Translations under genes and position numbers: made by a program
Notes under the pieces: model-generated
Databases searched by the model: none
What the model saw: the letters and a program-made list of their open reading frames with translations, nothing else
What the model was told of the DNA's origin: nothing
Shown here: positions 21,983 to 33,979 of the stretch, in pieces
Layout of the letters: each line of letters begins with the position of its first letter
Position numbering within the stretch: the stretch's first letter is position 1
Assembly: GCA_027604505.1 (NCBI GenBank)
Contig: JADIIX010000162.1
Location: 1-43,243, forward strand
DNA from: Gonapodya sp. JEL0774
Taxonomy: Eukaryota
Length of the DNA: 43,243 bases
Direction: 5' to 3'

Positions 21983-24661
21983 ATGAGGACCACGAGCGCT
22001 CTGATCGTAGGTCTGGCAGTGGCCTTTATGGCGGTGATCCACCCGTCGAAAGCTGCAGTGGGTTCCGGCACCCAGTGTGTTGTTGACGGGGATTGCTACA
22101 ACCACAACTGTGAGTATCATGTTGTGCACCACAGCAGCACCTGTTTCCATGATGAAATGCCTGTGAATTGAATACTGGTCTTGATGGGCCATTTTCGGTT
22201 GGAAGGTCACCTCTGACGTTTCGAAACCTTAATCCATTCAGGTGACCTGATTCCCAGCGATAACGTCGGAGTATGCTACTGCAGCTCTTCCGGGTCTTGG
22301 TCGTGGAATTACAGTGAGTTCTCTACCTCTTTTTCGCTCATGGATTGTTACAGATTCTTATCGTGTCTTCAACGCCACACAGACATGAGATGCAACTTCG
22401 GAAAAGTTCAATACCGTTCAAACTGCATGGGGACTGGCGGCAACTGGCTCGATGTCTATCCTTCGAGGGCCTGCCCGCAAACGACCACGTGAGTACAGGG
22501 ACCACAGTCGGTGATGTTTCAACGGATTTGGACAAGACCTTGTATTACTGCAGGACACGAACAACGACCAAGACGGCCACCACAACGTACGTTGTGTTTC
22601 CTTTCTCACACTTGGTAGCTGATTTCCTTTTCTGAGTTGGTTCTCCGTGTTCATTCTTTTCCCCCACTCTATAACGTTCCATTTGGAACTTCAGGAAAAC
22701 AACCTCTTCCACGAAATCGTGAGCTTTCTCTTTGAAATACTCCAGAAAAAACTTTGATTCATCTGAGTCGTGCAAATATAGAACTACTACTACTGTTTCG
22801 ACCACCAAAACTCTACCGTCCACAACTACCACAGCAGCACCCAGCACCACAACCAAATCCACAACGAGCGAGACCCCAACCACCACCACGGAGAGCACAA
22901 CTTCCGAAACCCAGACCACAACCACTGAAAGCACAACCTCAGAGACTCCCACTACTACGACAGAGACCACCACTTCTGAGACCCAGACCACGACTACGGA
23001 GAGCACAACTTCTGAGACACCGACCACAACCACGGAGACAACCACTTCTGAGACCCAAACCACCACTACCGAGAGCACGACCTCGGAAACGCCTACGACT
23101 ACGACAGAGACAACCACGAGCGAGACCCAGACCACGACCACCGAAAGCACGACCTCGGAAACACCTACGACTACGACAGAGACCACCACGAGCGAGACGC
23201 AGACCACGACCACCGAAAGCACAACATCGGAAACTCCCACCACGACCACAGAAAGCACAACATCGGAAACTCCCACCACGACCACAGAAAGCACAACGAG
23301 TGAGACTGAGACGACTACCACGGAGAGCACCACAACCGAGACAACCAGTACTGAATCCACCACCTCGGAAACCACTGAGACCCCTTCCACCACATCTTCC
23401 CTGACAATTACCGAGACGACAGGAACCGAAACAACCAGCTCAGAGACTTCCACCGCGTGAGCGACCTTTGCTGTTGTATTCAGCTCTATCTGTTTCTGAT
23501 TTAACCCGTTTATGCGAATTCAGAGAGCCAACGACCGCCCTCATAGTTTCCTCAGCTCTCTCTTCTTCGTGAGGCCGGCCGAGAGCGATTTATTCCTTTA
23601 CTATTGACCTTTTATACTCTCATCATTTCTTTAGTACGACTGCTAAGCCTGGCAAGACGTCCACTGCGACAAAGACGAAAACCTCCACCAAGACAAAAAC
23701 GGCCACAGCTACGAGGACCAAAACGGCAACCACTACAAAGCTGCCGAAGGTTACCACGACTGTGACCACCAAGCCGGCAAAGATCACCACGACTGTTACC
23801 ACCAAGCCGGCAAAGATCACCACGACTGCTACCACCAATCCAGCAAAGATTACAACCACCATCAAACGTACGTGCGACACGATTTATTCGACATTCCTTG
23901 CGGGTGGTGCCATTACAGCGACAGACCAGGCCGATTGGGAAGCTTGGTGAGTTTACGGAAACCGTAAACAATGTAACTTGCAAAGGTGATCCATCTCGGT
24001 TGATTTTTGCTCACATAGGTCTTGCAAAACATGTAAGTTGTTAATCCCAATTGAGTCTCCCTCCCACTAATAGCCGATGGTTTGCTATTCTCAGGGTACC
24101 CGGGTGGCATTGGAAAGCCACGCACATGTGACACCATCTACACTGCGTTCTTGAGTGGTGTCACCATGACCACTCAGGACTACTCAGACTGGGATGCATG
24201 GTGAGTTTGACAATAGGGAATGAGAACCCAGGCACATGCTAACTGTTAGATATCAATCCATTTCAACCCTTCCAGGAACTGCAAAACTTGTGAGTCCGCT
24301 GCCAACTTTGCATGCCCCCGTAATTTTTCGACTTCCTTCGTGGCTCTCTAACACCTTTGTGTATCAGGGTTCCCGCACGGCATCGGCTACGTTCGTAGCT
24401 GTGACACCATTTACAAGGCGTTCAAAGCGGGCACCGCGATGACTGCGCAAGACTCAGCAGATTGGGCGGCGTGGTGAGTGATAAGCAAATCTTCCTGCTG
24501 ATATGCTTCAATTGACCATTTATGTAATCGGTTCATTCGATAATTTGTTGATTCATACAGGAACTGTAAAACTTGTAAGTAAATTTGGCGATGGAGAAAG
24601 GGTTATCATCTCTTATTCTTTGCGTTTTTGTTCAGGGTTCCCCACCGGTATTGGCAAGTAA
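21983..24661 (+). CDS. Secreted Thr-rich mucin-like protein B with an 8-Cys N-terminal head and three C-terminal 40-aa Cys/Trp repeats
   Basis: Signal peptide MRTTSALIVGLAVAFMAVIHPSKA, a Cys-rich head over three exons, an ET-repeat exon (~22781-23456), TTKPAKITTT repeats, and three C-terminal units with the same intron positions as gene A. Stop TAA at 24659-24661. Confidence 0.85.
22860..23380 (+). repeat. Coding minisatellite, 12-aa ET-type repeat (gene B)
   Basis: Visible in ORF 22732-23460, with alternating ETP/ETQ units. Confidence 0.9.
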
Positions 24662-27159
24662 TGGACAGGCGAATTTTTAATTTTTGCGATGTACACGATG
24701 GGAGAGATTGGCGTTGCGATTCTCACTGAAGACGTTGGCGTTTTGATGGCATTCTCATCGTTTTGGATTATCGTACAGAACTTACAGCGTAAATTAGTTG
24801 CAGTAGAGCCATCTCACTGATGGCGTACAAACATCGTAACATTGGGCTAATGCCAGAATCAGACTGTTCGATCATTTTGCGGGTGAACGAAAAGACTGGG
24901 ACCTGAATCGAGACAGTGGTGTTGAAAAACCTCTTTTCCCGGTAGTCCATCGAATGTGCTATATCGAGCGTGAATCATCATTCGAATTGGATGTGACGGG
25001 GGAGAGAGATGCTGCAAGTAAGATGAGAGTGCATCGGGAACGCCAAACAAACCGTCTGAGAGCGATATTGTGTAGAATGTGCTTCATCGCCACCAGAATT
25101 ATTGAGCAAGCCCAAGTCACATCAATTTCAATGATATTTTTTCAACGCCATCACGATCGGTGCGTGTTCCGAAAGATTGTGTTACCGCATTCGCAGCCGC
25201 TGCACGCCGATTTTCATGAAAACAATGCGCCTCCCATGACTTCTCGTGGTCACTGTTAGACGATACGACCAGCAGGTCTTCTGGATTCGAAGTTACAGGC
25301 AATAAAGGCAACTTTCAAACAGCCAGAAGTCAAGTATTCCGCAAAGAAGTAAGGATTGTCGACGAAACCAGCTAGCGGAATTTCCATGATAGCACAGCTT
25401 CTCCTCTAAACGTCGAAAGACTCCATATCGCTTGGAAGACAATAGGTCTCAGAGTTAAGACATTCCCGTCAAAGACTCTGATTGTATGCAGGTATAACTG
25501 GGGTCACAAGGATTCCAAAATAGCAAATGTGCACGGTAGTATGGCAAGTTGGTGAGAAAACGTCACTGTAGGTTCTCTATCGTTGTTGTCGGGTTTGAGA
25601 CCACGAGGGCAAAGTTTTCATTTACGCACTCCCGAGTTTCGAGGCAGCCCAGAGATTTAGAAGATAGGAGCATCCGTGCGCACGGTATATCCAATCGAAC
25701 TCGAAATGCTTCTCGAATGGAGCGTCTTTCGATGTTCGATTCGAGTAATAGGTTCTCTTTTTCTGCGGACGAGCAAGAACATGCGGTACATCTGGTACCA
25801 ACTCGTTTCGGAATTTCTTTTTGACGTTGAGCGGTAGGGAATACAAAACTCAAGACGCTGATGGGATACCTTTGTTTGTTTGGGTTGTGCACCGAGATGG
25901 GAAGAAGGAGGGGGTGCCACACGCAAAAACGACAAACTTTCATTGGCTCAACGACGATCCGTTCGGAGCTTGTTTGGGTCGTATCCAAGCCGATGCCAAG
26001 ATTTTTTGAAGCCTGGATACTTCGAGAGGACAACCGCGGGACTCCCTAGCCGCCATAGACTTGATGGCAGTTAACATCATCCACAGCACCAGCACTCAGG
26101 GAACCGATGGGCACTCCAGATTGATAACGAGTCCGAGTTTGGAGTTCTTCCGAAGGTGCCCGGTTACCTCTCTCCTTCGAACGACTGCCAGTCACAAGAA
26201 GTGGGAACAATGTCAGACGATGTCCACAGTTCTGCACGAGCCTACCGAACGTCATCCCCAAAGAGTGCTGACGTGTTCTTCCTCTCTTTCGCCACACCTC
26301 GCGAGTCTTCTGCGTCGTCTCGCATCACGCGTGCAAGACCTCCAGAATGACCAAACTGTTCACAAAACTTCCCAAATCACTCTCAATGCTTGAAGCGAAT
26401 CCTTTGTAGTTCTCTATAGGCTGCGTGTCGGTTGGACTCTTTGCATAATCTTTTGCATGTGAATATTTCTCATGGAGCAGGAATCGCGAAGGAAAGCATT
26501 ACGGGATCGCATCCATCCCCGCCACATTCACTCCGCTGACATTCCAAGCTCTCGTTCACCAAGAGGGTGTAATTATGTCAGAGTTGATCAGTTGAGACTG
26601 AAGGGCCACTCACTCCTCATAGCATTTTGTCAACGAGAACAAGACTTCTGCATGAAATTCCAACGAATCTTTCCTCGTGGGCTAGTTTTGCTAGAGCGGT
26701 GCGATCATCTTTCGTGAATGAAGTGAATGAAAATGATTAATCTACTGTACCAATAATCTGGGCCAAAGTGGGGGTTTAGAGGAGCCTGTCAGTGTCTGAA
26801 CCATCATTCCAACACACCATAATGCGTGAGTTTCCCACGTCCCAGAGACACCGCGGGCGCGATTTTGCTTCGCTCGATTGATTCTAAGATGGATTCTCCG
26901 GTCGGGATATCTGATTCCTCACCGTCGCTCACCTTTGCTGGCTGCGGCGCACCTGTTCTCTTTCATCGCGAAACTCTCTGATCACTTTCGGAAACACATC
27001 CAATCGACAGACTATCACTGCTACCTCGTCTTTCTCGCTCTCGTCTCTTCTGTAAGTTTGATACGGTCTTGCGAGTGGGTTTTTGATGGCGTCTGGTCCT
27101 AACCCAAAATCTCCCCTTCACTCCATTCACTCTCACAATCCAAAATATACACTTCTTTC

Positions 27160-28683
27160 ATGCAAAAGTTCCTAAAACTTCAAATCCTACCCAACTCCTC
27201 CTACCATACTCTATCGCCACCGAGCGACCCCATCCCTTCTTACCCGCTGCTCCTCTCATCTCCGATTCTTCCGAACCCTCACAACCCCTCCCTACTCGAC
27301 GTCCATGTGGACCACCTTCTCTACGTCACTACTGTCAAAAATTGCCATGCCCCGCTTGTACTCGCAAGCGACCTCCTGTTGGTTCAGGCGCTCCGCTCAA
27401 GGAACTGCACTGTAGGGCCACAAGTTTCGGTACGAAGACACCACCGACGCGTTGTCCTACCACACTGTCCCCTCTCTCCGATACCCGGAAACGCCACTTA
27501 CGGCAGGGGTGTATGTGAGCCGAGGATAATTCGAGACCTGACGCAGCGGGCACATGCATCCCGCGGTGACGAGCTTAAGATATTCGAAGGCAAGTTTCGA
27601 AACTCAACGAAATTTTGTTGCATCTTGTCTCATTCTCGCTACTTGGTTTCTGTACCTTCCATTGCTTTCGATACAGTCTCCATCGTTGCTTTGGTGCTGT
27701 TCCTCATGATGGGATCTCTGTTGAATGGAGCGACGCCTCCTCAGCCTGACCACGATGACTTGACTGTGTCCTCGTCCAGCAATGTGACTTCGTCTTCACA
27801 TCCATCACGCACCGCCTCCGAGACGTCCATGGTATTAACAACCTCACTCTGTGAGGATGGTGACATGCGTGACGGTTCTTCGAGCTGCACAAGTGGACGG
27901 GTCCTTGTCACCTCTGATGTTTGGGCTGCACACAATGGCCTGTCCGGGCGCAGTTGGGACGAAGTGGTACGTGCAGAGGAGAGTGGAGCGGAAGACATGA
28001 ACTGGTTGATTGTTCCGCAGTTTGGGGAGAGAGAATCCGATGGGGATCGGGAGGAGGGGAGCGGAGCGACTGGGAAGGATCCCTGCGAAGTCGCAGTGCA
28101 AGTGGGTGGCGGAGAGGACGAGGTGACGAGAAGATTGAAGGGACAAGGAGACGAGGTTGAGGAAATTAGAAGGGAATTAACTATGAGCAAGGAGATGGAG
28201 GTGGAGTTGCGGGCAAGGGAGTTGGTGTTGGTGGCGGAGCTCCAAGCAGAGAGGCAAATCACAGCGCGGCTGCAGAGCGCCTGTGCGCATGTAGACGATA
28301 GACACTTGTGGATGCAGTCGGTCGTGCTGCTTCAGGAACTTTTTTGTGCACGATCGAATGAGCTCCGATGGCTCCAGCAGAGTAGTTCCGAGGCAGAAAC
28401 GCGGCACACCAAGGAAGTTTTCTGCCTGCGATTTCAGAGAGAGAATGCAAGGAAGGAGGTGATGGAGGAGAGGAGAAACCGCATTATAGTGGAGGAGGAG
28501 TTGGCCGCTGCTCGTGTGAAAGTGGAAGAGCTTGAGAAGCGCTTGGCGGGGAGGGACCATGAGCAGCAGTGTCGACTGACCAATCCAGTAGAGACGTTGG
28601 AGGTGGTGGATGTTGTGGAGTTGGTGGAGGATGTCGGAGTTAGAGGCGATGGGGACACCACAGTTGTGGCGGGTTCGTTTTGA
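27160..28683 (+). CDS. Hypothetical protein with a C-terminal coiled coil
   Basis: 507-codon ORF with a Pro/Ser-rich start and an E/R/L heptad-like C-terminal half. May contain an in-frame intron; no family recognised. Confidence 0.45.
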   Translation: MQKFLKLQILPNSSYHTLSPPSDPIPSYPLLLSSPILPNPHNPSLLDVHVDHLLYVTTVKNCHAPLVLASDLLLVQALRSRNCTVGPQVSVRRHHRRVVLPHCPLSPIPGNATYGRGVCEPRIIRDLTQRAHASRGDELKIFEGKFRNSTKFCCILSHSRYLVSVPSIAFDTVSIVALVLFLMMGSLLNGATPPQPDHDDLTVSSSSNVTSSSHPSRTASETSMVLTTSLCEDGDMRDGSSSCTSGRVLVTSDVWAAHNGLSGRSWDEVVRAEESGAEDMNWLIVPQFGERESDGDREEGSGATGKDPCEVAVQVGGGEDEVTRRLKGQGDEVEEIRRELTMSKEMEVELRARELVLVAELQAERQITARLQSACAHVDDRHLWMQSVVLLQELFCARSNELRWLQQSSSEAETRHTKEVFCLRFQRENARKEVMEERRNRIIVEEELAAARVKVEELEKRLAGRDHEQQCRLTNPVETLEVVDVVELVEDVGVRGDGDTTVVAGSF

Positions 28684-31600
28684 GCAGGCAGCGGAGGGCG
28701 CGCAGTGGGCAACGAGAGGAACTTCTGACGTTCTTGTCCATCGACTTTCTTTCATTCCTGCTTCTTTATTTCGGAGGGTATGGCTTCTTTGTTATTGTTT
28801 GCTTTGCCTTTACATTTAGTCTCCTAGGGGGTGGGCATCGGGGTTGTGGGTTTGGACAGAGGATTTGAGCTGTGTTCAGGGGATATGGGGCGAGAGGGCT
28901 GAGGTTTGATGAACGATCGTCGGCTCGGAGGGCGAGCGCGGACTGGACGATCGTTAAGCTCGGAGGGCGAGCGGGGGACCTTCCCTGCCAGATGCAGGAC
29001 GCTTGCACATTGGAACAAGGAGTGCCGATGATATCACTTGATCAGCACTCTGAATACCACCCGGCACACCACTACCAGAATTTCGTCGTACTCCGCAACT
29101 GCGCTGTGCTCTCTTTCCTGGCCGCGGGGAATTTCGTGTCGCCATCCATCCTCTCCCCCGCCCCGCCAACCCCTCCGTCCTCCTCCCACCTCACAACCTC
29201 AAGCAGGGAGTGATCTTCTTTGGCTTCGCATCTATCAAGCATGCACCGATATCACGGACTCGTCAACATCCTGCACCACGTGCCCCGTCAAACGTATTCC
29301 GCTCTCACACCTACTCCAACTCCGATCCCACACCACTCCCCGATGATCCCAATCCTACTCCCACTTCCACTCCGTTGACGATCTGATTCTGGCTCGCTCC
29401 ACACTTGATCTCGGTCGGCATCCCCACGCCATACATCTGGTCCCAGTTTCTGCAGAGCCGCCACAGCAATCGGCCAAGGACGCCATCTCGCTCCGCCGCC
29501 TCAGCGCCATCGGCACCTCAACTCTCAACCGAGAAATTTCCCTCAACAACCAGGCCTGCATCAGGGCGGGGGGGGGGGGGGGGGGGGGGGGGNNNNNNNN
29601 NNCCGCCGCCTCCGGGCCATGGGCACCACAACCCTCAACCGTTAAATTCCCCCCCCCCCCCCGGCCCCCCCCCCCCCCCCCCCCCCCCTCCTTCATCCTC
29701 CAACGTGTCCCTAACCTCATCCGCAACCACGCGCTCCGAATTGTCGGCTTCGACTTCTTCTGCCGATTCTCGTACTTTCCGCCCCCACCACCCACACACA
29801 CCGCCCCGCCCCCCCCCACATCCCAACAGAAACGCACCTCAACCGAAAATATCTATGCGCGCGAGCTCCATTTGATTCGACAACTGCGCCAGATACCTTG
29901 TCCTGTCACGCCTCGAACAGATAGTCAGGAAAGGCCTCATCAGACTCCTAGTGGGTCGACATCATTGATCTCGGAGTCACACGGCAATTGATTGCAGTCC
30001 AGTCGAATGGGCAAAGTTGTTGATTAAGCTCACATCACTCTCTGTACACCTTACCCGACGTTCCGTGTGCTTGTCAGGAACCCTCGCGGGTCCCGATTCC
30101 ATCATGCCCCAAAGGATGCTGCGTGCAGCGTCTCCTCTTTGGGATTGCGTGGATCGGCGGTGGGTTTTGAGTGAGAGAAAGGTATGAGTGCCGTGCCAAT
30201 AGGTTGGAAGTTGTTGATCCCGCTCACCGGACTCTCCGTCAATTATAACCGACCCATAGTGAAGACGACGCCTACATCGAATCCCCATCCTCATCCCGTG
30301 CCGAGAGACGGCTCTTTATCCACGACATGTAGTGGAGAGGTGCGATTCATTATGTTGACGGTGAGAATTACCGTGCTGTCATGGAGTCTCCGCGTGGTAT
30401 CTTAAACTCACCTTAGATGCGATTTGCGCGGCCTCACTTCAGTTGACAGAACTCCGAGCCGCAACTCCCCTCACGTTCACCGTCTATCGACGACTGCTCG
30501 CTTGTGAGAAGGTCGGTGGCATCCAGTTTGAGCTCCGCTACACACCCCATCCTGGGCGTGCATCCAGCACGTTTGGGATGGGCCCATGTGTGGTTTGTGC
30601 TCCTGCGAACCCTGGCCCGGGCGTACATCCAGTACGTTTAGGACAGGATAATGCGCGGACAAGACTGGCTGATCATTCGACCCGAGATACCGGAGAATGG
30701 GACATCACGTGACAATACGATACAGTACCGTGACGGCGGATTGGTGACGTAGTAGCCGGGACGGGAGGAAGAGCAGTTCGCTCCGTGTAGGGGGTCGGAT
30801 AGGAGGAGGAGGGTGTACTCCGTGATGGGTTTATGGAGGGATGCGTTGGAGTGATGTCGGGAGTGGGGAGAGGTTGGGGGGGGGGGGGGGGGGGGGTTTT
30901 AAACAGACAAAAAAATATATTAANNNNNNNNNNCCCCCCCCCCCCCCCCACCGCAAGGACTAAGTATATTATTAATCTGGACTAATCTGTTCACTTCAAG
31001 TGGGAGCTACACCGGGTTTTATGGTCTCTTGCATGTGTATAACAATGTTTTTGCTAAATTTATGATATTGGCAACGGTTGAGTGTTCTCCGCGTCGGAAG
31101 TGCCAGGAGGGAATGTAACCAAAAAATACATCACAATTCACAAACACGAAGATCGTCAAGTCGCACAGCTATGACCCTGACGATGGACGGCGACAAAGGG
31201 GAGATTCTAATAGGAGATTCCATGTATTACATAAAGCTGGTTTGGTATGTAGCAGTGCTCTCGTGAGTGTGCTATGGATGAGGGATGATCGGCGGGGGAG
31301 ACACCACTACGCTGTTCGTGGAAACCAGCACAGTAATTCTCTCCACCAAATGTAAATACGACGCTCGGTGTTCCTCGTTGGGCAAAACGTCGTTATCTGA
31401 CAGTTGTGAGTAGATAGCAGAAGAACATCAGAAACCCAGGAGGAAGAGCGGCAACCTGAAGGAGCCGGCGGTTGAACCTTCTCCGACATTCTCGCCAAGA
31501 ATGTTAATGGCAGGAGCAGCAAAATAACAACAGCAAATTCAGCAAAAATTTGCAAATCTCCACCACCGGCACCATAGCGTACTGGCCAGAGTTTGTCGCC

Positions 31601-31994
31601 CTTTCATCACTGCACGCTGCTCCGTCTGGTTATCTCACTCAGGTCTTTTCCTCGCCCGAAGTCGTAAAACTCAATTGCTATTGTGCACTCGGAAGGAAAA
31701 CACTAAAATGAGGATCATGTTTTTGTTTGGGGACACTTAAATATCGGTGTTTTGAACCTGCGCGATAAGATAGTTGGTGTGCCACACTTGGCATCAGCCG
31801 GTGCGGGGTCACAACTTTGAACAGAGATCCTTCTTCATCCATCCGTTCCAGTGCTGATCCGAGTATCGAAAGCCACGAAGCCGCCATTATTGTGTGAGAA
31901 CCGTGGGAGGATCCGCGTGATTCATTCCCAGCTTCCGAGTGTTCCATGGCATTTGACGCCAGTTTCCTGATCATTGATCCCTTCCACCAGCCCG

Positions 31995-33979
31995 ATGGCC
32001 GACGAAGCGGATATAAACCCATGCCCTGCTTCAATTGATGTGATGACATATGAGTACACACCTGCAGGTGAATTGGATTTTCTTGTCGGAAGTCCCTTCC
32101 GCTGAGTCCCTCAGGAAACCGCTTTCCAGATAATGCATTTCTGTTGGTCTGTGCCGCATTGGTCATGATTATGACTCCTGGTGAGTGTCCGCCGCCGAGC
32201 TCGACGTTGGTAACTCGCTTGCGCGGTCCTCAACCTTGCCCTTAACGTGGTCGATACTTCCAAAGGTCTTGGCTTCTACTACAGTGGAATGGCACGCTCC
32301 AAGAACGCCCTTACTCTTATAATGCTGTGTTTTATTTCCTATGCTGTTGTAACGGTCCAAGTGAGACTCTGGTTCAATTTTCAATGTTATGTAACGTCAT
32401 TAACTCCCGAGGACTCCTCATCAGTGGTTCCTTTTTGGATTCTCCCTCACATTTTCGGATACGGGAAGTTTTTTCTGGGGCGACTGTGCTCACTGCGTGT
32501 TCCGGAACGTCGGCCAGAATCTCTTGAAGAACGCACCAACAATTCCCATCATCACCTTCCAATTCTACCAGCTCATGTTTGCCATCATTACTCCAGCTCT
32601 TATTTTTGGATCTGCGGCTGAGCGTGTTCGGATCCTGCCGTCCGTGGTGTTTGTTTTTGTGTGGTCAACTGTTGTGTATTGTAGGTGTGACTTGCGTCGC
32701 GGTTTTGCGCATTACTTTTGACCCATTCATCTCCTTGTGCCAGCACCAATTGCATACTGGGCCTGGTCTGCGAACGGGTGGCTCAACATGATTGGTTACT
32801 TAGACTTTGCCGGTGGTACACCGGTTCACGCATCATCTGGTTTTGCTGGTTTGGCGCTGGCACTTGCTCTAGGGCGCAGAAAACACACCGAGGATTTCAA
32901 GGCCTCATCAATCGCAAACGTATTTCTTGGCACTGGTGAGTTCTTGACCATCTACTCGAAACCCGTTCTTCAAAACACCGATTGCCGATCATGGTGCTGC
33001 TCTCAACTCTCAGCCCTCCTCTGGTTTGGATGGTTTGGTTTCAACGGCGGATCTGAGCTCGCTTCCAATGCTCGTTCCGCCAATGCGATGACCGTCACCA
33101 ACATATCTGCGGCTTTCGGAGGCCTCGTGTGGATGCTCATGGATTACATCACTCTTCGGAAAATGTCCGGTCTTGGCTTCTGCTCTGGTGTAGTTGCCGG
33201 ACTAGTGGGTATCACCCCAGCCTCTGGATTTGTATCGCCTGCATCTGCGTTCGCGATCGGGGGTATCGTTTCGGCTGTCTGCAACACCATGGTGCGACTG
33301 AAGGCTTACTACATGTACGGTGAGTGGCCCAGACTCAGGACAGGAATGAGCAAAGTTCAATCAATCATATCAGTCGCATAATTTTTTGCTGCTCATTCAG
33401 ACGACACACTCGATTCCTTCAATGTCCATGGGATAGGAGGCGTGACTGGTGACATTCTCACAGGCGTGTTCGCCCAGAGGTCCATCAAAGCAATGAGTGG
33501 GTGACTTTTCTGTATTCTCTCCCGCTAACGCTTGGATCACAAATTTCCAACCTCCGTTCAGATTTGTACCCCAACATTGGTTCTGTGAACCAAGCGTGCC
33601 TGGATACCCTTCCTGCCCTCGGCTGGCTCGACGGCAACTGGATCCAAGTAGCAAAACAACTAGCTGGAGCGTCGGCAGGGGCTGCGTGGTCTTTTTTGGT
33701 GACGTATGCTATTGTGTCCATCATGCAAAAGGTGACAATTATAAGTTGTCAACTTCATTCTGCTCGAACTGCTCATTTTGTTGTGTCCCTTGTCAGATCC
33801 CGGGCCTGCAACTTCGGGTCAGTCAATGGACGGAAGTTCTCGGCTCCGACCAGGGAGAGATGGGCGAAATGTCGTACGATTATGTGGAATCTCTCAGCCA
33901 CGTTCCGGATCGGAGCAAATCACCACCTGGGTCCGCCGTTGTCCACAATGCTTCTATACACCGGCTACCGAGCAGATAG
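31995..33979 (+). CDS. amt: Ammonium transporter, Amt/Mep family
   Basis: Spliced MADEADINPCP..A|DNAFLLVCAALVMIMTP|GLGFYYSGMARSKNA, FQFYQLMFAIITPALIFGSAAERVR, LDFAGGTPVHASSG, LLWFGWFGFNGGS, AGLVGITPASGFV, DDTLDSFNVHGIGG. Both pore histidines are present. Confidence 0.96.

Noticed and set aside
18415..23380. 36-nt periodicity superficially like a CRISPR array
   Set aside because: No repeat-spacer alternation and no cas genes; it is a coding minisatellite in a eukaryotic gene.
22545..23453. Long Val/Ser-rich minus-strand ORFs (also 19480-20127, 18535-18960) and Pro/Arg-rich alternative frames
   Set aside because: Antisense and shifted shadows of the Thr-rich ACN repeats.
24760..26720. Fragmentary minus-strand frames vaguely like a decayed F-box/LRR-type gene
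   Set aside because: Multiple stops and no diagnostic motif.
29493..29690. Repeat of CCGCCGCCTC..GCACC..CTCAACCG on both sides of a gap, with poly-G/poly-C giving poly-Pro/Gly ORFs
   Set aside because: Same homopolymer and gap artefact; ORFs crossing it are unreliable.
30875..30950. Poly-G / gap / poly-C resembling an inverted repeat or G-quadruplex
   Set aside because: Sits on an N gap; lengths and adjacent bases cannot be trusted.
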